Positions 9,034-18,472 of a DNA stretch of 64,000 nucleotides are shown piece after piece. A model generated the notes under the pieces. That model was not told where the DNA came from and ran no database searches. It was given only the letters and a program-made list of their open reading frames with translations. The stretch is from Armatimonadota bacterium (GTDB lineage Bacteria > Armatimonadota > UBA5829 > DSUL01): NCBI GenBank assembly GCA_039811685.1, contig JBDHZC010000008.1, forward strand, positions 64,001 to 128,000, read 5' to 3'. Each line of letters opens with the position of its first letter. Position 1 is the first letter of the stretch. A program made the position numbers and the translations under genes.

Positions 9034-9867
9034 ATGAACAAAAGCCAGATAACGGCTGAATACGACATTACAGGCAGCCGCGACATTGGCTTCGACACCC
9101 ACCCCAGCGCCGCCCTTCAGTGCCTTGCTGGAGCGTTTCTGGCAAGGGACTCTCCTGTTTCCGTCTCCAACGGCTCTTCTCAAAAGGCGGCGCCGCCCGC
9201 CGAGTCGCCTAGAGGAGTGGCGGACCGCCTGGGCCAGCGTTTTCAGGCGTTCCGCACAGCGCTGGAAGGCTGGAAAAAGCTCTCCAAAAAACTGCTGACA
9301 GCCAAGCTGCCCAAAGATTTGCGCGGCCTTGCAAGATCCGTACAGAGCGCAAGGGATTCACTGGAGAAGGAGAGCCTGCAGATGGCAGTTGCTCTGCGCG
9401 AGACACACGATATTCTCACTGTGTGCGCAGCAGGGCTGAACGGTTGTCAGCCGGAAGATTTTCGTGTCCATCTGGGGTTGCCCTCCCCCGTTGTAGATGA
9501 ACATCTCGGGAAGGCACCCAAACTCTGGCAGGACGCACTTTTGCAGGCGAAGGCATTTGAACTGCCGCAGGACCCCGAAATCTCTGCGATAGCCGCGCGA
9601 GTAGAGTTCATTGCGGACGAAATGGTGGAGAGTCTCAAAGAGATTACACGCGAGGCGAAATGGCTGATGACGAATGAACCCTGCGAAGAGCGCGTTATCA
9701 GCTTGATGCAGTGGCTGTTTGATCTACGGTGCGAATGTCTGGAAATCGCGCCGGCGCTTGCGTGTCTCAAGACACCAGTGAATATCTGGCTCCTGTCCAC
9801 GCAAGCGCCGGGCAACGCCGCCGACACCAACGCCGGAAAAGCGCAGATGCGACAGCCGGGAGGCTGA
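9034..9867 (+). CDS. Hypothetical protein, probably all-alpha
   Basis: 277-aa ORF after GGAGG RBS, filling the gap between genes; no recognisable motif. Confidence 0.55.
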   Translation: MNKSQITAEYDITGSRDIGFDTHPSAALQCLAGAFLARDSPVSVSNGSSQKAAPPAESPRGVADRLGQRFQAFRTALEGWKKLSKKLLTAKLPKDLRGLARSVQSARDSLEKESLQMAVALRETHDILTVCAAGLNGCQPEDFRVHLGLPSPVVDEHLGKAPKLWQDALLQAKAFELPQDPEISAIAARVEFIADEMVESLKEITREAKWLMTNEPCEERVISLMQWLFDLRCECLEIAPALACLKTPVNIWLLSTQAPGNAADTNAGKAQMRQPGG

Positions 9868-9878
9868 GGCCACGTAAC

Positions 9879-10307
9879 TCAGCCGTAAATGTAGTCGTTC
9901 AGATGCTTGATTGTAGTTTCAAGCTCCACCATCTCGCTCGCAAGGACGTCCCCGCTGGAGACAATGCCGACCAGGCCATCTTCCCCCACGACCGGAATAT
10001 GCCGGATTCTGCGCTGTGTCATCACCGCCTGACAGTGAGAAAGGCGGTCTGAGGGAGTCACAACCATGCAGGGGGCCGTCATTACGTCGGCGACGGATGT
10101 GGAAGCTGGGTCTTTCTTGGCAGCGACAATCCGCGTGAGGATGTCGCGCTCTGTGAAGATACCTACGACCTGATCGCCGTCTGTGACAACAACCGATCCA
10201 ATCCGCCGCTCGTTCATCAGTGTCGCTGCGTCCAGAACGGAGGCGTCCACACTGACACAGGCCACTTCGCTGCCCTTGTGAACAAGAACATCGCGCACAT
10301 GCTTCAT
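9879..10307 (-). CDS. CBS domain pair protein
   Basis: VVGIFTERD, VADVMT, RIRHIPVV, LVGIVSSGD; AAGGAG RBS before ATG 10307. Confidence 0.93.
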   Translation of the reverse strand: MKHVRDVLVHKGSEVACVSVDASVLDAATLMNERRIGSVVVTDGDQVVGIFTERDILTRIVAAKKDPASTSVADVMTAPCMVVTPSDRLSHCQAVMTQRRIRHIPVVGEDGLVGIVSSGDVLASEMVELETTIKHLNDYIYG

Positions 10308-10588
10308 ATCTGGCTCCTTTGCCTTTTTATCAACCACCGCGTAAGGCATCGGCGGTCAACTTAAGAAGCGTATCTCAAAGATACGCCAAGCGCTGTGTAC
10401 AGATAATTGTAGGCCTTATCGCGTTCTCATGCAAGCCATGGGCAAAAATGGGATTATTTTTCCAAATGGGCCCTGGCCGCAGAGGCGTAAGAAGGCGCAC
10501 TCGCGGACGAAACAGGTACGCCGAATAAAAAACAGCCAGAGCTACAGGAGCTCTGGCTGTCACAGATGTCAATTGACAGTCATGGTGT

Positions 10589-11330
10589 TTACGCCCGGCG
10601 GCGCAACCTCGGAAAGAAAAGGCCACCCATTCCAACAAGCGCGCTCAGCTGGAAAAAGGTCGTCGGCTCAGGAACGACAGTGACACTGAAGTTGTCAAAA
10701 TACGCTGCAAACTGGCGATCTTTCTGCGAGGCGTCATTGTCGAATGTTCCGTACTTCAGGAACAGCGTAGCTGATGTACCGGGAGCTGTGAACTGATTGG
10801 TTACATGAATCCAGTCGAAACTGAGCCCTTGCGCCGGCAAATTCGGGTCGCCGGGCTTAGCTATGTTTCCGACGTAGCTCAGAGCGTTTGCATAATTGTT
10901 ATTCTTAGCAAGGTCATAGCCGCCGTCGCATATTCCAACCTCCCACCAGCCTGTGCCAGCCAGCGTGTTAGTCCCAGTCGGTGCGATTCCTCCGGCGTAG
11001 TATCCTGAAATGTCATATGTGGTGTTAGGGGTTGTAGCGAACGTGTGATAGATCCAGTGGGACGCGTGGGCTATAACAGTACCTGAAAAAATAGGCAACC
11101 TTCGAGCCACCGGGAATGCCAGTTGGAGGAAACAGAGCGCTAACGGGAAGGCTACCGGCTTCTACTACACCAATAACACCGTTGGACCAGCCGCCGTGGT
11201 TTGTTGACCATCCTGCCGGTGGTTTGATACCAGTGTCGGCTTCGAAACTGCCGTTAGTCAGCAGGTTCGCATGAGCGCTGGTAGCCAGTAAAGTCGCAAG
11301 CCCGAACGCCGCGATAAGTTTTTTCATCAT
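10589..11330 (-). pseudogene. PEP-CTERM secreted protein (CBM-like jelly-roll) split by a 1-nt frameshift
   Basis: 5' part 11025-11330 has a signal peptide and NLLTNGSFE; 3' part 10589-11110 ends YFDNFSVTVVPEPTT-TM-RLRRRA; the frames join at an A6 run (11086-11091). Confidence 0.8.
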
Positions 11331-11729
11331 AGCTCCTTCGTATTCCCCCCTTCAGAGAGCGGCTTTCGTCTCCGCGAGCGTGCAGCAGATGATCAATCTT
11401 GGCACGCACACTTGAGGCGATTATTGCGCATTGGGAAAGAGAGGGCTCTCACACCAGTTAGTGCCAGCAATCTGCGTGGAACTCTCAGCGAGGTTACTGT
11501 GCTTGTACCGGCATGGCCTTCTGTCAGGTCCATTAGAACAAGACAGGTGAGAATTGTTAAGAAAGTTTGCTCCAGATTTCGTTGCTGCAAAGCAAAAACT
11601 GGCAAATGTACGGATACAAGGTTAGCACCTTGTGGCGAAGCGGCACTGTCGTCGGATAAATACACGATCCGGCAGGAGTTCTGACGTGGCTGAGGGGAAC
11701 AAAAAGGGCAAAAAGGAGCGGACACGCAG

Positions 11730-12539
11730 GTGAAAGTTTTCATAATGAGTGACATGGAAGGCATCTCCGGCATCATGCGCTGGAGTCAGGTGAACGGCGG
11801 AGAGCCTCTCTACGAAGAAGGACGGCGTCTTTACACTGAAGAGATCAACGCGGCTGTGCGGGGCGCAAAAGCAGCGGGAGCGACAGAGATTGTGGTCATG
11901 GACTGTCATGGGGCCGGTGGTGACTGGAGCTTCAATAGCCTGATTCCAGAGTTGCTTGACGCGGACTGTGAGTTCGTTGTGCAGCGGGAGTGGACGGAGT
12001 ATCGAGACTTCTTGAAGGAAGGCTGTGACGCCTGTCTTTTGATCGGTATGCATGCGATGGCGGGCGCTGCGGGTGGCGTGCTGTCTCACACCGTGTCCAG
12101 CCAGCGGTGGCAGAATCTCTGGTTCAATGACAGATTAGTCGGCGAAGTCGGGATCAACGCGTCTTTCTGTGGCTCGTTCGGCTGCCCGGTAGCGCTGGTT
12201 ACTGGCGACACACAGGTCTGCGAAGAGTCCGCGGAGCTTCTGGGAGCGGGACTGACAACGGTAGCAGTCAAGTGCGGACTTGGCCGCCAGAGCGCCCGCA
12301 ATATTGCACCGGCCCGTGTGCGCGTGCTTATCGAAGCGGCGGCTCACAAAGCTCTAAAGAATGTGAAGGGTGTAAAACCGTTCAATCCTGGAGAGCCAGC
12401 GGAAATCAAGGTGGAGTTTATGACAACGGAAGCGGCAGTTCCGTTCGCTCGCAAGCACGGCGTTGAATCTATCAATCCACGGCTGGTTGTCTCCCGCGCA
12501 AAAACCTGGCTGGAGGCATGGGATCAGCTCTACTTCTGA
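11730..12539 (+). CDS. M55 family metallopeptidase (D-aminopeptidase DppA-like)
   Basis: SDMEG, DCHG, IGMHAMAG, LSHT, GEVGIN, VTGD motifs. Confidence 0.92.
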   Translation: MKVFIMSDMEGISGIMRWSQVNGGEPLYEEGRRLYTEEINAAVRGAKAAGATEIVVMDCHGAGGDWSFNSLIPELLDADCEFVVQREWTEYRDFLKEGCDACLLIGMHAMAGAAGGVLSHTVSSQRWQNLWFNDRLVGEVGINASFCGSFGCPVALVTGDTQVCEESAELLGAGLTTVAVKCGLGRQSARNIAPARVRVLIEAAAHKALKNVKGVKPFNPGEPAEIKVEFMTTEAAVPFARKHGVESINPRLVVSRAKTWLEAWDQLYF

Positions 12540-12581
12540 AAACAGTAGCCGAGACACACCGCCCGCGTTGACCGGGAATTC

Positions 12582-13052
12582 TCAGCCTTCGCGGGCAATT
12601 TCCCAGGCGTCCTGACCGCTTTCCTGAGCGGCCATTTCCCGAATTCGCCTCAGATGCCGCCCCCCGTCAAACTCGGTTGACAACCAGATGCGGACGATTT
12701 CCAGAGCTGTATCCTGCTCAATCAGCCGCTGTCCAAGCGAAAGACAGTTGGCGTCGTTGTGCTGTCTGGCGAGGCGGGCGGCCTCGATATTCCAGCACAG
12801 CGCGCAGCGTACACCCTTGACCTTGTTGGCGACCATGGCTTCCCCGTTTCCGGAGCCTCCGAAAACAACAGCGCGCTCACATTCGCCCTTCGCGACGGCT
12901 TCCGCAGCAGGGCGCACGTACAGTGGATAATCCGTAGATTCTTCACTGTGTGTCCCGAAGTCCACAGGCTCGTGGCCAAGCTCCACAAGCAGCGCTTTCA
13001 CCAGCTCCTTGTAACGGTAGCCCGCATGGTCTGAGCCGAGAGCGATTTTCAC
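12582..13052 (-). CDS. rpiB: Ribose-5-phosphate isomerase B
   Basis: IALGSDHAG, DYP, GGSGNGE, ARQHNDAN, GGRH. Confidence 0.95.
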   Translation of the reverse strand: MKIALGSDHAGYRYKELVKALLVELGHEPVDFGTHSEESTDYPLYVRPAAEAVAKGECERAVVFGGSGNGEAMVANKVKGVRCALCWNIEAARLARQHNDANCLSLGQRLIEQDTALEIVRIWLSTEFDGGRHLRRIREMAAQESGQDAWEIAREG

Positions 13053-13067
13053 AGCCTGTCCTCCTGA

Positions 13068-14501
13068 CTACGCGGCGCCAACCGGCTCTTCCTCCAGCCA
13101 CTCCGTGTGGAAGATGCCCTCCTTGTCCACGCGTTTGTAGGTGTGGGCGCCAAAGAAGTCCCGTTGCGCCTGGATCAGATTGGCTGAAAGCCGGGCTCGC
13201 CTGTAAGAATCGAAGTACGCCAGAGCGGAACTGAACGCCGGTACCGGAATGCCCAGCCGCGTCGCTTCGCTGATAACCAGCCGCCAGTTGTCCTGCCGCG
13301 ACTCAATGCTCTCCCGAAAATACGGAGCCAGCAAGAGATTTGCCAGGTCTTTCTGCTGATCGTAGGCTTCCTTGATACGATCCAGGAAGCGAGCGCGGAT
13401 GATGCACCCACCGCGCCACATAAGCGCGATCTCTCCGAAGTTGAGCTCCCAGTCGAACTCTTTGCGCGCTTCGTTCATCAGCGCAAAGCCCTGCGCGTAG
13501 GAACAGATCTTGGAGGCATAGAGCGCATCCCGGATGGCCTCAATGAAGCTCTCCCTGTCGCCCTGATATTTGTCATCCGGTCCGCGAAGAACTTTTGAAG
13601 CCGCCACTCGCTCTTCTTTGACGGCAGAGATGCAGCGGGCAAATACGGCTTCGGTGATGGTGGGAATAGAAATCCCCAGGTCCAGCGCAATCTGAGAAGT
13701 CCACTTACCCGTGCCTTTCTGACCCGCGGAGTCAAGAATGACGTCCACCATGGGCTTTCCAGTGTCTGGATCTCGCTTGGCGAAGATGCGAGCGGTGATG
13801 TCGATGAGGTAGCTGTCCAGCTCTCCGGCATTCCACTCCGAGAAAATGCTGTGAAGTTCATCCGCTTCCAGACCCAGGGCGTTTGCGAGGATGTAGTAGG
13901 CTTCGCAGATAAGCTGCATGTCCCCATACTCTATGCCGTTGTGAACCATCTTCACGAAATGACCGGCGCCGTCCCGCCCCACCCACTCACAGCAGGCGAC
14001 ACCGCCCTCGACCTTTGCGGCGATCGCCTGCAGAATCGGCTTGACAGATGGCCAGGCATCCGGGGAGCCTCCCGGCATAATGCTGGGGCCGAAGCGCGCG
14101 CCCTCTTCCCCGCCGGAGACTCCGGTGCCAATGAAGCGAAGCCCTCTAGCCTCCAGCTCCTTCGTGCGCCGGATTGTATCCTTGAAGTAAGAGTTGCCAC
14201 CGTCAATGATGATGTCTCCTGGTTCAAGGTGCGGGATGAGCTGCGCGATAAAATCATCTACAGGCGGTCCGGCTTTCACCATCAGCATGACCTTGCGAGG
14301 ACGCTCCAGCAGACCGACAAACTCCTCCAGGCTGTGGGCGCCAACAATGTCTCGCCCTTTTGCCCCGCCCGCAAGAAAGTCGTTGACTTTGTGCACTGTG
14401 CGGTTGTACACAGCGACTTTGTAGCCGTGATCGGACATGTTGAGAACCAGGTTCTCACCCATAACCGCCAGCCCAATCAAACCGATATTCGCATCACCCA
14501 T
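13068..14501 (-). CDS. gnd: NADP-dependent 6-phosphogluconate dehydrogenase
   Basis: [49 protein letters not shown]. Confidence 0.97.
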   Translation of the reverse strand: MGDANIGLIGLAVMGENLVLNMSDHGYKVAVYNRTVHKVNDFLAGGAKGRDIVGAHSLEEFVGLLERPRKVMLMVKAGPPVDDFIAQLIPHLEPGDIIIDGGNSYFKDTIRRTKELEARGLRFIGTGVSGGEEGARFGPSIMPGGSPDAWPSVKPILQAIAAKVEGGVACCEWVGRDGAGHFVKMVHNGIEYGDMQLICEAYYILANALGLEADELHSIFSEWNAGELDSYLIDITARIFAKRDPDTGKPMVDVILDSAGQKGTGKWTSQIALDLGISIPTITEAVFARCISAVKEERVAASKVLRGPDDKYQGDRESFIEAIRDALYASKICSYAQGFALMNEARKEFDWELNFGEIALMWRGGCIIRARFLDRIKEAYDQQKDLANLLLAPYFRESIESRQDNWRLVISEATRLGIPVPAFSSALAYFDSYRRARLSANLIQAQRDFFGAHTYKRVDKEGIFHTEWLEEEPVGAA

Positions 14502-14603
14502 ACTCAGAATCCCTCTCGCGCAGATAGCCTATTGACGTGTGTATTATAGCCGCGGTTGTCCCGTGCTGGTCCGTTTGATCCGTACACTGCAGCGCTTTGC
14601 GCC

Positions 14604-14748
14604 GTCAAGGTAACTTACCCGTTCCGGACAACGCCCGTGACGGGAGGGCGCGAAAAGCCCGAGGGAATATGAGACCAATCAGGGTGATTGTGTTGTCAGG
14701 GCTGTGGGTAAAGACGACCTGTGCAGGCAGCCTGGATTTCACGGTGAC
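14604..14748 (+). ncRNA. Candidate structured RNA or leader, with partial resemblance to c-di-GMP-I (GEMM)
   Basis: Several nested complementary stems found by eye in a 327-bp intergenic region; see findings. Confidence 0.3.
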
Positions 14749-14828
14749 AACAGCTTCTTTGCAGGAATGAGGCCGCGATACTGCACACAGGCCTGACACC
14801 GTTTGCGCTCTTAGAAAGCAGGTTGAGC

Positions 14829-15101
14829 ATGGCTCAGAACAGACCTTGCGAGCATCTCGCTGCAGTGAAGCAAATCCTGCATCCCCGGGAACTCGTGTGT
14901 GAAGAGTGTGTCAAAATTGGCAGCAGTTGGGTGCATTTGCGCACCTGCCAGACGTGCGGTGCGACCCTGTGCTGCGACTCGTCCCCCAATCGCCACGCGA
15001 GCGCTCACGCGCACGCAAGCGGCCATCCGGTCATTGCCTCAGCCGAGCCGGGAGAGCGCTGGCTTTACTGCTTTCCGGATGAGCAGACAGTCCCGTACTG
15101 A
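14829..15101 (+). CDS. Stand-alone UBP-type zinc finger protein
   Basis: CEH...CEEC...WVHLRTCQTCG..LCCDSSPNRHASAHA..SGHPVI.SAEPGE.W.YC. Confidence 0.92.
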   Translation: MAQNRPCEHLAAVKQILHPRELVCEECVKIGSSWVHLRTCQTCGATLCCDSSPNRHASAHAHASGHPVIASAEPGERWLYCFPDEQTVPY

Positions 15102-15238
15102 CAGACGAAAGCCTTCCTCCAGCGCTCTTGCCGCTGTGCCCGTGTTCTGGCTGTGGGCCGAAATGACGCTCCGGGCAGGAGTCCGCAAGCCCCGTTACTA
15201 AGAGTCTTGTAGTCTTGGAAGACTGAAAGGCTCAACTC

Positions 15239-16060
15239 TTGGATCTGTTCACTCTTAAAGGAAAGAACGCGGTGATTCTTGGTGGCGCTGGCGTTCTGGG
15301 GGCTGCGATGGCCCGCGGACTGGCTGAGGCGGGCGCTTCAGTCGCTATTGCCGGACGCGCGCACCAGAAAACCCTCACACTGGCTGAAAAGCTCACCAAA
15401 GCAGGATTGCAGGCGCGCGGTTATCAGGCGGACACTACGGACGAAGGGCGTCTTCGTGCAGTGCTGGATGAGATACTCAGTGATTTTGGACGAGTTGACG
15501 TTCTGGTTAATGCGGTCGGTGGCAATCAGCCGGGTGCGACAATCGGACCTGAAGCGAGCTTTTTTGACGCATCAGCGGAAGCCTTGCGCCAGGTTGTTGA
15601 CCTGAATGTCTTCGGCGGCGCTGTGCTGCCCTGTATGATTTTCGGCAAGGTCATGGCAGGTAACCTCGATGGCGGGTCAATCATCAACATCTCTTCCATG
15701 GCCTCGTACCGGCCCCTCACGCGCGTCGTCGGCTACGCCGCTTCCAAAGCGGCAGTGAACAACTTTACCCAATGGCTGGCAGTGGAGATGGCGACAAAAG
15801 GACATCCGGAGTTGCGTGTGAACGCAATTGCGCCAGGCTTCTTCCTGACCGAACAAAACCGGTTTCTTCTGACGGATGAGAAGACGGGCGAATTGACTGC
15901 GCGGGGCAGAACTATCCAGCAGCACACTCCGATGGGACGCTTCGGCGAGCCTGAGGAGTTAATTGGCGCAGCGGTCTGGCTGGCTTCTGAAGCTGCGCGC
16001 TTTGTAACTGGCATCGTCGTTCCGGTTGACGGCGGGTTCTCGGCGTTCAGCGGCGTCTGA
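15239..16060 (+). CDS. SDR oxidoreductase, D-mannonate oxidoreductase/fructuronate reductase-like
   Basis: GGAGVLG, NAVGGNQPGAT, PLTRVVGYAASK, NAIAPGFFLTEQNRFLL, HTPMGRFG are typical of SDR-type UxuB. Confidence 0.85.
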   Translation: MDLFTLKGKNAVILGGAGVLGAAMARGLAEAGASVAIAGRAHQKTLTLAEKLTKAGLQARGYQADTTDEGRLRAVLDEILSDFGRVDVLVNAVGGNQPGATIGPEASFFDASAEALRQVVDLNVFGGAVLPCMIFGKVMAGNLDGGSIINISSMASYRPLTRVVGYAASKAAVNNFTQWLAVEMATKGHPELRVNAIAPGFFLTEQNRFLLTDEKTGELTARGRTIQQHTPMGRFGEPEELIGAAVWLASEAARFVTGIVVPVDGGFSAFSGV

Positions 16061-16098
16061 CGCCGGACGACAAGCTCTGGAGTACACAATAACGGACA

Positions 16099-17025
16099 AT
16101 GTCTGACACTACACTTCCTCTCAGAAATCTCAAGAAAGAACACGAGTATCTGGTGGCCATTGACTCTGACGGCTGCGCGTTTGACACAATGGAGATCAAG
16201 CACAAAGAGTGCTTTATTCCGAACTTCATCAACTACTGGGAGATGCAGGCTGTCTCCAAATTTGCCCGGCAGGCGTGGGAGTTTGTGAATCTGTACTCCA
16301 GGTGGCGCGGAGTGAACCGCTTTCCCGCACTCGTAAAGACTCTGGACTTTTTGTGCGAGCGCGAAGTCGTTCTGGAGCGCGGCGTACGGCGCCCGGAGAC
16401 AGCGCCACTGGAAAAATGGATTGAGACGGAGACGAAGCTCGGCAATCCTGCTCTGGAAAATGCTGTAGCACAGACCCGTGACCACGTTTTGATGAAGACG
16501 CTGGACTGGTCAAAAGCCGTCAATGAGTCCGTCGAGGAGATCGTGCGCGGTGTACCACCGTTTCCCTACACACGCAAGAGCCTGGAGAAGATTGCGGAGA
16601 AGGCGGACATCATTGTCTGCTCGGCTACTCCAGGAGAGGCGCTCATCCGTGAATGGGAAGAGCATCAGATACACGAGTATCCCAAAGTCATCGCGGGGCA
16701 GGAGATGGGTAACAAGAAGGAGATTCTTGAGCTGGCAATCCAGGGGCGATACGATCCGGACAATGTGATTATGATCGGTGACGCACCCGGGGACATGAAG
16801 GCGGGGCGCGCAAATGGCGTCCTCTTTTTCCCGGTGAACCCGAGCGCGGAAAATGAGAGCTGGAGGCGCTTCTACGAAGAAGCCTTTGAGCGCTTTCTGG
16901 ACGGGGAGTACGCCGGAGACTACGAAGCCAGTCTGGTGGCTGAGTTTGAGCGTTATCTGCCTGAGACGCCACCCTGGGAAACAGCGTCAGAGCCGGCGTG
17001 CGCTACTGGTGGCAACCGCGAATGA
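16099..17025 (+). CDS. HAD family hydrolase
   Basis: IDSDGC (motif I), IVCSAT (motif II), MIGDAPGD (motif IV). Confidence 0.88.
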   Translation: MSDTTLPLRNLKKEHEYLVAIDSDGCAFDTMEIKHKECFIPNFINYWEMQAVSKFARQAWEFVNLYSRWRGVNRFPALVKTLDFLCEREVVLERGVRRPETAPLEKWIETETKLGNPALENAVAQTRDHVLMKTLDWSKAVNESVEEIVRGVPPFPYTRKSLEKIAEKADIIVCSATPGEALIREWEEHQIHEYPKVIAGQEMGNKKEILELAIQGRYDPDNVIMIGDAPGDMKAGRANGVLFFPVNPSAENESWRRFYEEAFERFLDGEYAGDYEASLVAEFERYLPETPPWETASEPACATGGNRE

Positions 17026-17058
17026 GCGGGGAGTTCAGGACAAAGTGGGCGTAAGGGC

Positions 17059-18315
17059 GTGTCCGACGTCATAGGACGAGGGAGCACTGAGAGTGTTCTG
17101 ACAACTCGGGACGTGGAACGCGTAATTGCGGATTCACTTGACGTAAACGTGCTCCGGGGCAAACGCGTGTTGATGATCATCCCGGACCACACCCGCACAG
17201 CGCCCGTTGACGTAATGTTCAAGGCCATCTATTCGCGCCTTGCTGAGTGTGTCGCCGCTCTGGATGTGATTGTAGCGCTGGGGACGCACCACGCTTTGAG
17301 TATGGAGCAGATATACCGGCGCGCCGGAATCACAGCCGACGAACACAGGCAGCTCTACACGAAGACGCAGTTTTTCAATCACGAGTGGGATAATCCCAAA
17401 GAGTTGACGAGTGTGGGCGCTCTTTCGGCTGAAGAGACGGCTGAGCTGACGGAGGGGCGGCTTTCGCGGTCCGTCGAAGTGCGCATTAACAGGAAGGCAC
17501 TGCAGTACGACCATCTGCTGATAGTAGGGCCGGTTTTTCCGCACGAGGTCGTCGGCTTTTCCGGCGGCAACAAATACCTCTTTCCGGGCATTGCTGGAGA
17601 AGAGATTCTCAACTTCTTCCACTGGCTCGGAGCCCTGATTACAAATCCGGCGGTGATCGGACACAAGTACACGCGCATCAGGGCCGTCGTTGACCGCGCA
17701 GCATCGCTGGTGAGAACGCCTAAAAGTTGCTTTGCGATGGTTGTCCAGGGGCACGGTCTGGCGGGACTTTACTACGGAACTCCTGAAGAAGCATGGTCAG
17801 CGGCGGCTGATCTCTCCGATAAGGTTCACATCTGCTACAAAGCTCACCCTTTCCATACCGTGCTCTCACAAGCCCCTGAGATGTACGACGACATCTGGGT
17901 TGGCGGCAAATGTATGTACAAGCTGGAGCCTGTGGTAGCTGAGGGTGGCACACTGATTATCTACGCCCCTCACATCACCGAGATATCACATACGCATGGA
18001 GATTTGATCCGGCAGGTTGGCTACCACACCCGCGACTATTTTGTAAAGCAGTGGGACCGCTTCAAGGACTATCCGTGGGGGGTTATCGCACACTCAACAC
18101 ATGTCAAAGGCATCGGCAGTTACGAAAATGGAGTTGAGAAACCGCGCGTGAATGTGGTGCTGGCGACAGGGATTCCGGAGGCAGTCTGCCGTCAGGTCAA
18201 TCTGGGCTATTTGGACCCCGCGTCTATTGCGACAGACGATTACCAGGGGCGCGAAGACGAAGGAATCCTCTATGTCCCAAGAGCCGGAGAGACTCTGTAC
18301 CGCCTGCGTCAGTAA
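17059..18315 (+). CDS. LarA (lactate racemase) superfamily protein, probable aldonate 2-epimerase
   Basis: IPDHTRT, ALGTH, NHEWD, PHEVVGFSGGNKYLFPGIAG. Confidence 0.88.
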   Translation: MSDVIGRGSTESVLTTRDVERVIADSLDVNVLRGKRVLMIIPDHTRTAPVDVMFKAIYSRLAECVAALDVIVALGTHHALSMEQIYRRAGITADEHRQLYTKTQFFNHEWDNPKELTSVGALSAEETAELTEGRLSRSVEVRINRKALQYDHLLIVGPVFPHEVVGFSGGNKYLFPGIAGEEILNFFHWLGALITNPAVIGHKYTRIRAVVDRAASLVRTPKSCFAMVVQGHGLAGLYYGTPEEAWSAAADLSDKVHICYKAHPFHTVLSQAPEMYDDIWVGGKCMYKLEPVVAEGGTLIIYAPHITEISHTHGDLIRQVGYHTRDYFVKQWDRFKDYPWGVIAHSTHVKGIGSYENGVEKPRVNVVLATGIPEAVCRQVNLGYLDPASIATDDYQGREDEGILYVPRAGETLYRLRQ

Positions 18316-18472
18316 GGCTCTGAAGAGTGTGTGACGCGGTTACTTCGGCTCGCAGGCGCCCGGCAAGTCCAGCTTGGCGGGGACATTACCGGCAGCAATC
18401 ATCAGGACGTTTGTGCGACCTGGTGAGAAAGACCGAAGCATTTTACAGCACGAGATGAGTGGAGGAGTTGGC

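Noticed and set aside
11393..11776. ORFs in the region between the PEP-CTERM gene and the M55 peptidase
   Set aside because: No motifs or clear RBS; more likely a divergent promoter region.
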